Source: Lama guanicoe | Taxonomy: Eukaryota | DNA: 64,000 nucleotides | Assembly (NCBI GenBank): GCA_013239625.1 | Contig: MU053513.1 | Coordinates: forward strand, 3,764,303 to 3,828,302 | Reading direction: 5' to 3' | Shown here: positions 1 through 14,000 of the stretch, piece after piece | How the letters are laid out: every line of letters starts with the position of its first letter | How positions within the stretch are numbered: position 1 is the first letter of the stretch | The notes under the pieces: model-generated | What the model saw: only the letters and a program-made list of their open reading frames with translations | Database searches by the model: none | Told to the model about the DNA's origin: nothing | Position numbers and translations under genes: made by a program

Positions 1-190
1 CAGACTAGGTAAGTTTTGATTGCAAGTCACCCTATTACCATGTGACCATGGGCAAGGTATTTAACTGCTCTGAGGCTTTCTTAGCTGAAAACTGAAATTA
101 ACCCCCTCCTCACAGTGTTGCTGGGAAGATGACAGGAGAGTGCATAGTGCCTGTTCTTGAAGACCTAGTACATAGAGACCTTTTAGCCAT
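1..190 (+). repeat. MIR SINE
   Basis: tgtgaccatgggcaaggtatttaactgctctgag core. Confidence 0.75.
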
Positions 191-2419
191 TAATGGTGTA
201 TTTTCTTGACTGAGGACTTTTGGTGCCCTGATCATTCAACTTTACCCAGCAGGCAGCTTACATGAACCTCTCTGAGAAGCTCGTGAAGAGAATCCATCAT
301 AGCAGTGGGGTCCTCCTCCCATCCCCACACCCAGGCCAGAGTCAATGTCTTCAGAATATGGGTGAATCTCACTCCTTCCCTGGACTTCATTATAAATCCC
401 ACAATTTATTTTAAACTCTGGCATTAAATCAAGTGTGTGAAGTTGGTAAATTGGATGGCATTTCTACAGTCTCTTAACCTTTACTTGTTCTCTACGTAAT
501 TTTGAAAACTGAATAACATTTAAATTTAATATTGCACAACTGGGCAATTGTAGCCTTCAAAATTAAGGCCATGAACCTGCACTTTATATATCTGGGTGGT
601 AGCTTCTCTTTGCAAATGCTGTTCCGTGAGTTTGTAGGACCATGAAAAGACTTCTTGCATTCTCTTCCCTACACTGGGTTTCTAGGCAGGAAGCCTTGAA
701 TGAACTGCAGGTTTTAGGTCTGTCCTGAAGACTGACTGTCTCAGCCTCCATGAGGGTTCCTGTTTTCCTGAGGCAGGACAAAATGGTTACACCACCAATC
801 TTAAATAAAATCAGCAAGAAGAAATCATCCTTAAAATAGCAAGTATTCCTTTCATTTTGGTAGGTCCTGATTTGCTTTTGGTGGCCATAAAAGAGAGAAG
901 TGGCTAGAAATTATTTTATGCCATATCATTTAAATAATCACAGTGTTAATTTCAACTCACCAGGTAAGCTGATGAATAGGCAAATCATTCTGCCAGCTGT
1001 ATCATGAAACCTGAAATAACACTGTGCTTTTGGTAGGTAGGGGTCAAGAGAAATCAGACTAGTAAAAGATTTTAGGAATAGTACATAGGTTATGTTCTCT
1101 TCCGTATGGTTTGCTCAGAACATCAGGTATTTTCAGATTGCTAATTTAGTATTTATATGGAAGAAAGAAATAGAGAGTATCTGAGCAAAAAATATGTTTC
1201 TCAGCTTATACAAAAAGTAGATATTAAGAGAAAGGAACAAAAAATCTGGTACAAAATATATCAAACTTGATGTTCCTGTGTTTTACTAATTTATTACTTT
1301 TAAATTATTTCTTGAATTTTTGAAGTTAACTTTTTTTGAAAAACAAACTCGCTTTGCTTTTGCCGCTATTCAGAACTTGTTTTTAAAATAATTTTGGTTT
1401 GCTCCCGGCATAATTTGTTGTCCTTGATGTTGCTGTTTTGCATATGTTAGTTAGTCTTGGGCATATAAATTGCTCTTGAACTGTTCTTGCTAAGTGTGGG
1501 CCATTATGAAATAGTCAGTCTCAAACGGTACTTAGTGGAACCTAAAAGCAGAAAATAAACCACAAGCAGGGAGGACCCTTGACGGGCCTTGATTGCCTCA
1601 GAGCGCAATGCCTGCAGTGTGTGTGCCTGCACTGGTACAAGGGGTGCAAACATGTGTGTCAGGAAGGTGGTAGGGGGTGTGTGCCCAGCACACAGCAGAG
1701 TACGTGAGTAACGCTCGTGTTTAGCTACTATCTTAGAAGTACAAAAATAGTCTTTCTCCATCTCCTTCTAAGACCCTTATTCAGAAGCCAAAATTACCTT
1801 AATGTTAAAAACAGAAATAAGAGCTGATAAAAAAATGTTTCCCATTATGTTCTGCTATATATCCCCAAACCACTGAACACCCTCATTAGGTTTATAACAT
1901 GGTGACACCGGACGGAAGAACTCTACTGATGCAATCTTCAAAGGGAAGACTCACAACAATGGCAGTGCAAGCTATCTGGCTGCCATTTGTTCCCCAGCCA
2001 GCTTTTAGCTGAATTTACATTAAAGTTTGCCATGTGTATTTCATTCAAACTCCAGAGAATTGGAATTCCTGCCAGTACCACCCGGTCAGCCCCTGTAGAA
2101 GCAGCTGCTTGATGCAGGCTGTGCTTACATCTGTGCAGAACTGCTCGGAGAATTCCACCTGGGACTGACCATTTGACTATCAGCCACCTATGTGGTGTCC
2201 CGGTCCACCAAGACCCCAGAGTACTGGCAGTGGTACTCGCAGAACTCAGACGCAGAGGCATGTTTAGATCCTGCCAGCAGGTCTTCTTTCAGATTTGAAA
2301 GGATTCAACTTGATAGTCATTAAACTCTTTCTGGATGGGAGGGAATGTGGAAGATTTAAAAGTATAATAACTTGCCCCTGCCCTGTGATCATCATTACAT
2401 GACACAATCAATATAAATG

Positions 2420-2560
2420 CTCTGTTACTCATTTGTAGTCCCCACTAGACTGTAAGCACCATGAGGGTATATAGGCTGTATCTGTCTCATTGTCTTCTCT
2501 ATTTGGGGCCTGTCATAAAGTAGGTGCTCACTAAATGCTTCTTTAGTAAGTAGATGAGAT
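2420..2560 (+). repeat. L2 LINE 3' end
   Basis: ccccactagactgtaagcaccatgaggg...gtaggtgctcactaaatg. Confidence 0.8.
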
Positions 2561-4904
2561 GGGGGAGGTCTTCACAAGTAGGGTAGGACTTGCATTGTCT
2601 TTGGAAGGATACTGAAAGTAGTTCTAAGATGTTGAAGAAAGAAAGATACTAAAGAAAATGGGAATCCCCAAAGGGAGGTGGTGAGGGAGAGAAAGGCGCC
2701 CCACGTTTTGAACCTTGGCTTGTGCACTGCTGGGGCAGGCACAGCAGGCAATTTTTGATGAGTCACTATAGCTTGAAATATAGCATAATAAGTATCTGAG
2801 GCAAGGGTACAATGGAAGCCCCAGGAGTGGATACCATCTCAGAGGAAGGGTGTGATCCAGGAAGCATGAGGACTGGGGAAGTTTCTTGGCACGGAGTCCT
2901 TAAGAGCTGAGCAAAAAGATTCAGAGATCAGAAGAGAGAGACAGACAGAGAGACACAGCCAAAAGGTGGAATAAGGTTACCCTTATCATCTAAGGATAAA
3001 GACTATTTCCTTTTCCTCCCTCTCATACCACCAGCGGGCAGGGCCCCTTGCTGTTGGCCACCAGGTAAAATCTTCCTTTGAGAAAGGGCTCGGGGGCCTG
3101 GAGTATCGTCCACACCCTTGCTCTGTGCTCTCGGACAGGTGACTTCACCTCTTTGAAACTCGGCTCTCTCACCTGTAAAACTGAACTGACACCTGCCTCT
3201 CGAAACTGGGGTGGTAATGTCAAAGTTTAATGTGATACCTCATTTAAAGCACCAAACACCAAACATTTAAAGCACCAAAGTATCTGACACACTGCAGAAG
3301 AGATACATATATATTTTTTTTTCTTTTTTTCTTCCATTTAGCACTTGGCCCTAGACTCAGAAGGCAAGTGTAAGGCCTCGCTTTGGCACTAAGCTAATGT
3401 GGGCTCCTGGGCCTCAGCTTCCTCACTGAGGACGACATGAAGGAATGGACTGGTCTATCTCTAAACCACTTTCAAGTGCTAAACTTCTCTAGCTCTCAGA
3501 TTTAAAGAGGAATGTTCGGGAATCACATATTTAAGCTCTTTAACAGTGTAATTTCTCAGGAGAGGCAGAAGTCACGAACTAACTGGTCTTCACTTCGCTT
3601 CATCAATTCGCTTTAAGGATGCCATGACAATGCTTTCTGATCTCCCTCCTCACACAGGCAGTGGATGTGTCTGTGAGTCTTTATTCTTCAGAGAGTTACT
3701 CACAAGGGAATAGAGGGGTTTAAGTCCATAAGAGAAACTCCTTGTTTTCCTTTGAGGCACCGTAAAGCTAAGTGTGTCAGCCTCAGACTGAGACACTGGA
3801 GTGAATAATGAAAGCACAGGTGGTGGCTATAAATGCTGGAAAGGGAGGCCATCAAATGCAGAGATGAAATTACATTGAAAGCACATTTCTAGACAAATCC
3901 TCATGGTGTTTGTTTAACAAGTATGTTCTCTCCAGAGCCATAGGCTTTCAGAACATAATAGTTATGTCTCGGACCAGACTCACAGCTCCTCTGGTCCAGG
4001 ACTCCGCCGCAGGCAGGGACCCAGGAGATTCACGTGGAAGCCCTCAGCAGCCTCCCAGCCCGCTGGCCACACCCCCGCCCCCAGCAGATGGCGAGGACCC
4101 TCAGGATGCTGGCCTTATTCTTTGGATCCAGCCCTCAACGTGCTGCCTTTTACATAGAGGCAGCACTCAGTAAATGTTGGATAAATGAATGAAAGGTGGG
4201 AGGATTCCCCCCAAAGTCCTCATGACTCTCAAAAACGGTTAACAGTCCAACGTTGTACAAAACTAATCCTTTTTTGAATTCATTTCGTATTTGCAGCCTG
4301 TATGAGTTTGGAAAATTAGTGATAGAATGCTTCTGTTCATTTGTTCTAAATAGTTCTTTCCTGCTTTGAAGCGTTTCCTCAAGGAGCCCTGGGTCAGATG
4401 GGAGAGGTGGCAGATGCATACATAAAAATTACAAAGCAGAATGTGAGTCGTCATGAAAAAGGCAAGCAAAGCACCATAAACATTTAAAGGACAGGAAGAC
4501 TTTCAGGGAAATAGAAATGTTTCGTGGACCGAGTGGCATTTGTGTCAGGTCTTTAAGGAGTTAAAAGATTTTGAGTAACAAATAAAAGGAGGAAGATGGT
4601 GAAGTATAAAGCCTGAGCAAGGCATGAAGGTAGAAAGGAAAAAACACACATCCCTAAAGCAGCTAGTTAAGATTAAACGTAAACTAGTTAGACAAATTAG
4701 ATTAAATGTAGGCTTGGGGTTGCAGGAGTTAAGGCAGAAACACGGGCTGAGGTTTTATTGTGAAGAGATTTTATTTACTATTCAATTATGGAAGTCATAA
4801 TATTTTAGCAGGAAAGAGCAGGATCAAAGCGTAGGAATACTAACCTGAAAATTGAATTTAAAAGGAAAACATCTGGATCCAGGGCTTTCACAGGAAGACT
4901 ACCG

Positions 4905-5068
4905 GCCTTGCTCTGGAAAGTGTGGTGGGGGACCAGCAGCTTTGGAATCACCTGGGAGCTTGTTAGCAATGTGGAATCTCTGGCTGTCCCCGACCTACAG
5001 GTTCAGAGTCTACGTTTCAACAGGATCTCCAGATGATCTGCACGCACATTAAAGCATAAGAAGTACTG
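4905..5068. mobile_element. MER5A-like hAT DNA transposon, inserted in an L2 remnant
   Basis: aaagtgtggt...gaccagcagc...atcacctgggagcttgttag...aacaggatctccagatgat...cacattaaag...agaagtactg. Confidence 0.85.
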
Positions 5069-5879
5069 GTCAAAGGAGAGCAGAGAAGAGCGTGAACACG
5101 GGTGGCTGCTCAAAGATGACAGGAAAGAGATAGGGAGGAGAGAGATCAAGAGGCTACGCAGACCAGGGAATTTAAGGCATCTGAAGCTTAGTGCTGAGGC
5201 CAGGAGTATGGTGGGGCCATTCTCAGGCCCCACCATGTAGGGCGCATGGGATAACAGGAAAGAGGTGAAAATCTGCCTTTACATGCAGAGGTCAAGGAGC
5301 CTGCAGGGAGCACCCACGTAGCGATGCCCAGAAGGCATTTGGAGCAGCATACCAGATCACAAGCAAAGTCATCTGGTACCTTATCTCAATAACAAAGACA
5401 TTCAAATGAAAAATAAATTTAAAAAATCACCTAAAGTGCTAGAATCAAGTAAGAAGATGTCACAACTCAAAAGAAATACAGACGTTGTCTAGTCCAGTCC
5501 TCTCCTGTGACAGTAGGAACCTTAAGCCCAGGAAAGGAAAGTGACTTTGACAGGTGACTCAGAGGGAAAAAACTCGTCTGGATACTGGTCACCTGACTGC
5601 CAGCCCAGAGCTTATTCCACTTCATTGTTATTCTAATGATACAGACCTTGGAACCTGGGAATACTGGAATTAGGCTGAAGGAAGTTATGCTAGAAATCAC
5701 AAAAGAATCAGTGGCAGTCTCAGCAAATAGCTCAACAAGTAAACTTCAGGAACTTTATAAATAAGTCTCTGCGTGGTCCACACACCTCGGTTATGTTTTG
5801 GGGTTATTTCAGAATACACAGTACTGGCACATGAGAACAATTCTAACCTGGAATGTTTTGTTTTAATATGACAACCATG

Positions 5880-6095
5880 CTAACTAGCATTTTTATAGAC
5901 TTAACTAGGTGCCAGGCACGATTTCAAGTGCCACATATATATATATATACGTTAACTCATTTAATACAACAACTCTATGAAATAGGCGCTAATAGCCTCT
6001 CCATTTTACACATGGAGAAACTGAGGCATAAACACAGTAAATAATCCACCCAACGTCACACTGCTAGTAGGTGGTGGAGCTAGGATCCAAACACG
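5880..6095 (-). repeat. MIR SINE
   Basis: ccattttacacatggagaaactgaggcat core. Confidence 0.85.
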
Positions 6096-7889
6096 CAGTG
6101 ATTGTTTAAAATTTTCATCTTGGAAAATTGGCCATATGTATTCGTGCTCCTTTTAATGTAAAACTATAGATCTTTCTGTGAGAAGCAGTTCTAACCCTGC
6201 ACAGACACCTGAGCTAACACAAGTGCTTGGCTTCGAGTCACGCATTAGTCTCTATCCTCTTTGGCTAATCCTTGTGCAGTTTTGATCTAATACTGGCTTC
6301 TACCCAATGATGTTAATCCACTCCAGTATCCTTTTTAATGCTTTTCAGTCTCATTATGTTTAGGTCATTTCTAATGACCATCTTAATGTGTTTGCCTCTC
6401 AGTGTGTTACAGTAGATAAGAAAAAGACACTGCTTCTATCGTTTTCAAAGGATGAAGCCTTCTTACTGGGTTTTCCCTTGTTGAGCTTCGGGTCTGGGGT
6501 GTTTGTTCAATGGAGTTGAGTTTCCTTAGATAGAAACCAGGGGCACAGGCTCCCACTCTCCATCCAGAGGAAGATGCTTCCAGCTTGCCACCTGGGTCTC
6601 CTTTGCAGCATCGATTGGTAAAACGTGCTCTGACTGTGTTTCCCTTGGAAGATGCTGGCACAGCTCCTCTGAAATAAATCCTCCCAGTTGGAGAGAGCCT
6701 GGGCTGAGGGCGGGGTGCCGAGGCAGAGGCTCTCGTATGGGGACCTTCATTAATGGCCTTGTGGGTTGCCTTGATTTTCCACACGTCTGACCAAGTCAAT
6801 TTCCTGTCTTGGATCTCTTTCCTTCTTGTCAAATCCCAACTTTTCTGCTCTTCATTCTTGGCCTGGCTGTGTGGTAACTGATTTTAATTTTTCTGCTTGA
6901 AATGTACCAAGTGTTTGCCTTCTGGAAAGGAGTCCAGTGCAGTGTCGGGGAAGGGCTCAAAGTCTAATTTTCTCCAAATGATAAAATTGAAAATCTATTT
7001 TCTTTCCTTCTTCCCTCTTATGTCTTATTCTTAATTTTATTTTTGAAATTTATATACAATAACATCAACCTTTTAAATGTATGATTCTATGAATTTTAAC
7101 AAATGTGTAGAGTCATGTAACTGCCACCATAATCAGTTCTTTCCTTTTTTTTTAGCTACAACTCTTTGGACAAAATATTAAGTAAATATGCTAATACTTT
7201 GTAGAACACAATAAAACTATTATTAGTACAAGATTTGGTGGGTTTTTTTTTTCCTAAAGAGGATTATGTTATTCATTAAGCATTTTAAACATTGCAAAGT
7301 TTTGTTTATCTCTAAGAGAAACTTCCAGTTCTTGAATATACAGATATAAATGAACAATTGTGATCAACATTTCCATGGTCTAATACAATTGATTCTACCA
7401 AGTGTACCTTTAAATTTTTTTTTCCCTTTGGACTAGCATGAATAATGTTTTGGTGATTTGTTTTGAAGAATTTTGACTTTATTACTTCATTTGAGGGGTT
7501 TTTATTTAGGAAAGGATAAATAAATGATATCTAGTTGAGAAATGATATTTACATCTCATAATGTGGAAAAGCAGTGTTGTGAAAACAAAATAAGCAGAGG
7601 GACACAACTGTAGTCAAGTTTGTCTATCACTTCCAATCACAATATCCAGTTTGGGGAAAAAATAGTAATCATGTGAGAACATGGCTAAAGGGTACAATCT
7701 GTCTGCAGCTTTGTATTTGAAGCCAAAAATATAAGGAGAAAAAAAGAATCTGATTAATGGAGAATAAGCTGTACGACCGTGAATGGCAAAACAAAGCAAA
7801 AACCCAAATGGTCAATTTAGACAGTCTTGACTTTTAAGTTCTTGAGTAAAAATATTTTTCTCCACTATTTAATGAAGAGGATTTTCATA

Positions 7890-8345
7890 CTCCATCCATT
7901 TCTCTGTCTGGCTGCTCATTCTTTAAGACCCTGCTAAAAGGAATCCTTCTCAGAAAAGCTTTTTTGATTCCCCGGGGTGGCGTTAGCCATTCTCTCCTGT
8001 GTTCAGCTAAGCATCTCCCAGAGCATTGACCTTTTTGTGTTAGAAACATCTGTTTATAAGTCTGTCCTCCTCCTTGGACTGTGAACTCCTTGAGGAAGGG
8101 GCCATATCTTGCTCATGCTTATTCTGACAGAGGCCTCGCAAAGAGCCCACTTGTTCATGAATGAAAAGTGAATGGATAAATATCATTGAGCAGTTGGTAA
8201 AATGGTCAGTATTCACACCCACTAAGTTGTGCTGGCTATGCACAGCAAAGAGCTGGGAATACAGTGATGAACAAAACTACCCCGGTCTTTGCCCACAGAG
8301 AGCCTGCAATCTTTTGAGGGAGAAGAACAATGATAAATATCAATT
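7890..8345. repeat. Two L2 3' ends in opposite orientation (tail to tail)
   Basis: ggactgtgaactccttgaggaaggggcc...tgaatgaa (+) followed by gctgggaatacagtgatgaacaaaac (-). Confidence 0.65.
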
Positions 8346-11300
8346 TTAGAAAGGGTGTTTTTCCTTAATTGATAGAATGCAATTTAAATTAAGAATGCAA
8401 ATTAAATTAATACATTTCCATTACTATTTTTATGACACTATTAACATTTGATATTACTCTGATGAGATTTTAGTTTCAGCAAAAGGTTGTTAAATATGAT
8501 AGCAACATGACTAGAAAACATGAATCTTTATTTCTTGAGTTTTCTTGTTTGAGTTACTAAGTTATGTAAACATTTAGTAATATACACAGCTATACAAAAT
8601 TTATATATATAAATTTATATATATATAAAATATTAGTAGAATCTGGTAAAGAGAACAATGAATTTGAATTCACAGATGAGAGTTCTAACTCCAGGTCACT
8701 AAGCAATTCTGTATCCTTCAGTGTTAACACATCTCTCTCTTCTCAGCATACAGAGCTCTAAAAGGGATGTTGTGAGGCCTGGATAGTAACTGCAAAATCT
8801 AATAAATTTAAAAGCACAGTGATGTTTTTAATTTTAGACAGCTTACCCAATTCCAGCAAAGGAGGATTTACTGAGGACCTCCGCTGCTAGCCACAGTGGC
8901 CCAATGAACATAAATAAGGAATCAGGGAAGAAAAGCTACTTTGTAGAGAGAGGATAATAAGTTTGTTTTAGATTTTTCTATCCATTATTACTTATTCAAC
9001 AACGACTTATTTGAGAGAAAAAGGAGAGGGCAGGGGAGGCCCAAATGACATTTAGTTTTCTATTTCATCCTTTGAGATTTTATAGGAGAATTCTGAAATA
9101 CTTCTTGACATTATATTATCCACAAGGTCCACAGCATCCCCAGTGGAAGGGACTGGCTAGTTAGAGTTAGGAATCCCTACTGAAGTTACATTTAAAGGAA
9201 ATTATAACTTATTCTTCAAGGTTTTAAGAACTTTTGTCTTGGGAATGCATCAGATAGAAAAGTTCTCAGCACTTATGTCAGCACCATGGATAAATGGGGC
9301 CTTGAGACGGGCCACTCAGTGGAGAAGGCAGGCCTCTCACGGGAGTTGCAGGAGGGAGAAGAAGCAAGCTTTAACCACCAGAGAGCCTTTAGCTTGTATT
9401 TTTGTTACACACAGGAATTTAGCACTAAATTAAACTTACATCAATGTAATTTAAGAAATAAAACTACTACATCAATCTCATACTATTTTTCTACAAAGAC
9501 CATGCCATGCTCTACAAATTCTGATGAATGTGAAAATCTCTGGAAGGTCTTAGTATGACAGCCTTGACAGGGGAAACCTGCCTTTGACACCCACTCCATA
9601 AGCTGCACTGTGCACACTTCTACTAAAGTCAATAGAATGGGCCGCTAATTTGTTTCTCTTCACTTTAAGGCTTGAATTATATTTATGATGATGTTTTTAT
9701 AAATTAATGGTTTTCTTGGCTGCTCTAGTAACTTGCCTTTGGATCATTCAAATTTTGATGGCAAACTATCTCTATAGAAAATGGTTTGATTAAATACAAG
9801 AAAACAGGGGAAAGAAAGCATCAAAATTTTGTTAACTCGTTGGTATTTTGTCTTCCTTCATCAAGTAAGAAGCCTGCCTAGATTCTGATAATGCCCTTTA
9901 TCTGTCAGATGGTGCAGGCAGGAGCCAGCTGTTTCCTATAAAGACATCTTAGGAAATAGCAATGGTGCTGTCTACAGTGGAAGCTGCTGTCTGACACCAT
10001 TTCTGGAGAAGGTTCCTGTTGAAATGTTGTAAGAGGCCAAGATGTCAGGAATGGTTAGTGCTGATACATGCCAAAGTCAATGCAACGAAGGAGGAAGGAA
10101 AGGTTCCGAAGACCGGTAAAAGCAGGCAACGTCCACAGTGTGTTGAGAGGGGGATGGGTAAAACTGCCTGGTACTGGGGCTGAATCCTGTGGCCACAGTC
10201 ACTGATGCCCAGATCTTAGCAGATATTTTCATGGCAGAGGTGAGGGATCTGAGCTTGGTAACGGAAGGAAGAGAAAGCAAAGCTCTGAAGTCCTCACATG
10301 CTTGGAGCTGGGTCATTTTACCTAGGTTGACCTTCCATTGGAGAACATTAAAAATTCTCTTCAGTCACTAAAGAGGAATAAAGCCTTCGCATATGAAATG
10401 CTGGACCTAAGCCTGTGCTCCATATGGATGAAAAATGTCAAGTCAAAAGGCAACAGTTCCAGAGGAGGGGGCTCAGGATAGAGGCAACTGTGATGCTATG
10501 GTCCCTGAGAAATGAACATGGAGCCGAGGAGTTCAGGGGAAAAGGGACAAGTCTCTGTCAAGAGTGTGAAGAGCTGTCTTATAGAAAGTCTTGGTCTGTG
10601 AGTTCCGGAAGGCTGGGCCAGAATCCATAGGAAGAAGTCACAAAGTGCGTAATTCATCTGAAGAAAAGTAAAACCAGCATTTGGATATAAAATGTGTGGG
10701 TATAAACATAAACTAAAGTTGACTTTTTCTCACACTGCCTCTATAAACCTGCTCTTTGAGAGTAGTCTTTCCCAATTCTGGAGGAAAATTTGAGCAGGCC
10801 CATGACTTTTCTGTCCTTTCAGGTAAAAGAAAGGCCTACAGCTACTGAAAGTCAAAAACATAACCTCAACCCAGTAATTAAAAATGATGAGGATGTCGAA
10901 GGGGTGGCCTTCTCTGTTTCCTTGCTTCATGTTGCTTCTCCTCCCCCAGCTTGCTCACTGTGACTTCCGACCTTTCCAGGTAGAGGCAAAGGAAGGCAGA
11001 AGAGATGAGCAGGGAAGGGAAGGCTGTCCTTGGCTGCTCTGCTTCATGGCCTCATGTCCACAGTTCTCGTGACCTCAATGAATGCAATCTCGTCTGACAG
11101 TTGCTCCTTTCCCCTATGACCCTAGAAATCTTCCTCCACCTTCTCTTCTACTGAGGCTATAGTGCCCTTTGGGTGGCTGTTGAACAAGGTCTAAGAAAAC
11201 CCCCACTATGACTTGCTTTCACACATACATAATTTGGAAGTGTAGGCCCTTCCCAACGCAGCCAGCATTTTGCCTCCGCTCCACTGGCAAAGCAGCTGGC

Positions 11301-12644
11301 CAAGGCTTTTTCTTTTCATCCTCACCTGGTTCCCTGTGCCAGCCAAGGAGAGGAGGCAAGCATCCAGCTCTCCTGGTGGACCCACTTGAAGCCCCTTTCC
11401 CTCGAATTGAGATGATGGTAAGGAAGGGACTCTCCAAACTTTTCCTCACAAGATCATTTCCAACAGCTTGACTTTTTATACCCTATATATTGCAGATAAA
11501 TCTTCTAACAATTTCTCAGCCAAAGTGGTCTGTCTCATAGTTCATTTTGGAATTGGTGTTTATTGTCCACAGAAACTGAAACAAGAAGAGTTCCATGTTA
11601 ACACCTTATTACCCAAGGGAGGACTTCTCCAAATAAATAGTGCACTATTTCTCATGCTGAGTTGGGGACTGGAGTCAGTTGGCAATTTCCAAACTTGGCT
11701 TCGGCCTCGTTTGGCTATTTTACGGCAATGCCTCAGGGGCTGTAGGTGGAGAGAAGAGGGACGTCTTGAGGGGTGCCCTGGCTCCTCCACTACTGTGTTC
11801 CTTATCTGTTGAGTTTTTGTGTTAAGATTTCAGTCAAATAAAAATCTGCTTACCCATTGAAAACATCTTGACTAATGACTCACTCGTTTGCCTACTCTAA
11901 GCAACACAACAGTCTAGGCAGGTTCCCTCTGACCCCAGGCATTCAGAATGACTATCATAGTCAGTCAGCAGTTTCCAATTCCAACAAAAAAGACCTCATT
12001 TCAGTTCAGCCATTTACTCACTGGAGGAACTTGGGTGAGTAACTGAAATGCTGTCTTAATTTTCTCATCTGTTACATACCTATCTGGTAGTATTGTTTTG
12101 AATCCTGTATGTCTAGGGCCTAATGTGACATCACAATCGTTGTTGGTACTCAGGGAATCACAGTTATGGGGCCTTTCAAAGCTGCCTTGGAAAACAGTGA
12201 GCAATGTTCCCAGTAGCCATCCTCTACCATGTCATCAGTCGGAAGAGCTTTGCCCTGACGATACATATGCCAAGCGGACACCAGGTCCTCTCAGACCGCT
12301 TCGTTCTGCTGTTCCCTAAGGGAGAAGTTTAACCCTCTCGGAGAGTCTCCTTGGAGGCTTTTATCATGGGTACAGGCATAAAGAGCCCATCTGTGCAGCT
12401 GTTCCTAAACAAAAATCTGAGCAAACCTCATTACTAGATAGCCCCAGGAATGTCCTCCCCAACCAGAGTGCAGACCAGCCACAGGGCACTGGAAAGAAGC
12501 TTTACGAAGATAAAAGAATGAACAACTGTTATATAGACGCTGCTTGGAAGTTACAGTCACCTCAAGTCTACTAACTTCTAACATCTCTTAGTCCCCACAG
12601 GAGGTGAGTCCCAATGTCGTAATCTCCAGATGAAGGATGGACCC

Positions 12645-13097
12645 TGTGGAGGTTAATTTTATGCATCAACTTGGTTCGGCTATGGTGGCCAGCCGTTTGG
12701 TTTAGATGTTGCTGTGAAAGTATTTTCACGTGTGATTAATACTTAAACGGTAGACCTTGAATAAAGCAGACAATCCTTCATAATGTGGGTGAGCCTCATC
12801 CTACCAATTGAAGGCTTTAAGAGCAAAGACTGAAGTTTCCCGAAAAAGAAGGAATTCGATCTCAAGACTGCAGCATCGAAACCCCACCTGAGATTCCAGC
12901 CTGCCTGCCCTGCCCTTCTGATTTCAGACTCAAGTCTGCCACATCATCCCTTATTTGAATTTCTAAACTGCCGGCCTCCCCTACAGATTTCATATCTGCC
13001 AGCCCCATAATCTTGTGTGCCCATTCCTTAAAAATAAATCTCTCTCTATATCTATCTATCCTACTGGCTATTTCTCTGAAGAAGTCTGACTGATAAA
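12645..13097 (+). mobile_element. MLT2-type ERVL solo LTR
   Basis: Starts tgtggaggttaattttatgcatcaacttgg; internal cataatgtgggtgagcctcatcc and aataaatctctctctatat; ends ctgactgataaa; near-TSD gaccc/gatcc. Confidence 0.88.
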
Positions 13098-13299
13098 GAT
13101 CCCATCTTGGTACTCCTCACAGTACCCAGCACAGTGTGGAACCAAATTTTCTTGAATGGGGTTGGTTATTCCTTGAACGTGAATCATACCATCAGTGGCC
13201 AAAAGATCAGGCTCTGCCTGGAAAAGCACTGCCCTGGGTTTGATCTGCCCTGCCACTTACTACTGGACCAGGCTCATCGTTTTGCTCAGCCCTGCAACC

Positions 13300-13820
13300 T
13301 TCTTGGCAACTCAGTCCTCTAAAGCCCAGGTCATTCCCTCTGCCACCACCTATGGTCTTGGCCAGCACTGAACCCTTTGTGGTAGAAGTCACGATGACTG
13401 CAGCACCGAGGCCCAACTGAGGGGATCCATAAGACTGTTTTCCCAAAATAGCTGCCAAGAGGGGACAGGTGACAAACTGGAAGTACAGGAAAATTAACAT
13501 CATATAAGATAGAGGATGAGAAGAAAGACGGGAGATAGGAGGGAGATAGTAGATAATCTGCATGCCCTCCCTCCCCACGGTGGGTGGTTCTGAGATGCAG
13601 CCCTTCCGCATGGATGTGCAGACCCTCCAAAGAACCCCAAGTGACCAGGCAGACAGCGTTGGAGACAAGCTCACAGTAAAGCACCACTCTGAACCAGCTT
13701 CCCCTCCTTCCTTGCCTCACTTCTCCTTTTCCTTCATTTATGATTCCCTGGAATTGCAACCCCCTCCCCCCAAAAATAAATTTTGTCTGAATTTTGTTTT
13801 CTAAAGACCTGGGTGAAGAC
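13300..13820 (+). mobile_element. Old ERVL LTR (LTR16-like); 5' boundary uncertain
   Basis: cttcccctccttccttgcctcacttctcc...ttccctggaattgcaaccccctcccccaaaaataaa...tgaagaca resembles an LTR16-type 3' end. Confidence 0.6.
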
Positions 13821-14000
13821 ACTAGCTGTGTGACCTTAAATCTCTTGACCAAGCTAAGCTTCAATTCCATCATCTTTACTGTGGCAACAGGAAGAGTATT
13901 TTCTTCGTAGGGATGTTTTGAGGATTGGACGAGGTAACGTACAGATCTTGGGGATGCATTTGATAAGTGACGACTGTGGCTGTCGCTGCCGCATGCAGTA
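13821..14000 (+). repeat. MIR SINE
   Basis: actagctgtgtgacctt...catcttt...tagggatgttttgaggatt. Confidence 0.7.

Noticed and set aside
240..320. Possible 3' exon of SLC44A5, which I recall as the syntenic neighbour (EENP-like peptide)
   Set aside because: There is an in-frame stop just upstream and no match to the EDLERNDGS motif I recall, so the gene probably lies outside the window.
3241..3279. catttaaagcaccaaa repeated twice around caccaaa
   Set aside because: A local slippage duplication at a MIR end, not an array.
8595..8632. AT palindrome aaatttatatatataaattt
   Set aside because: Low-complexity (TA)n sequence, common in mammalian genomes.
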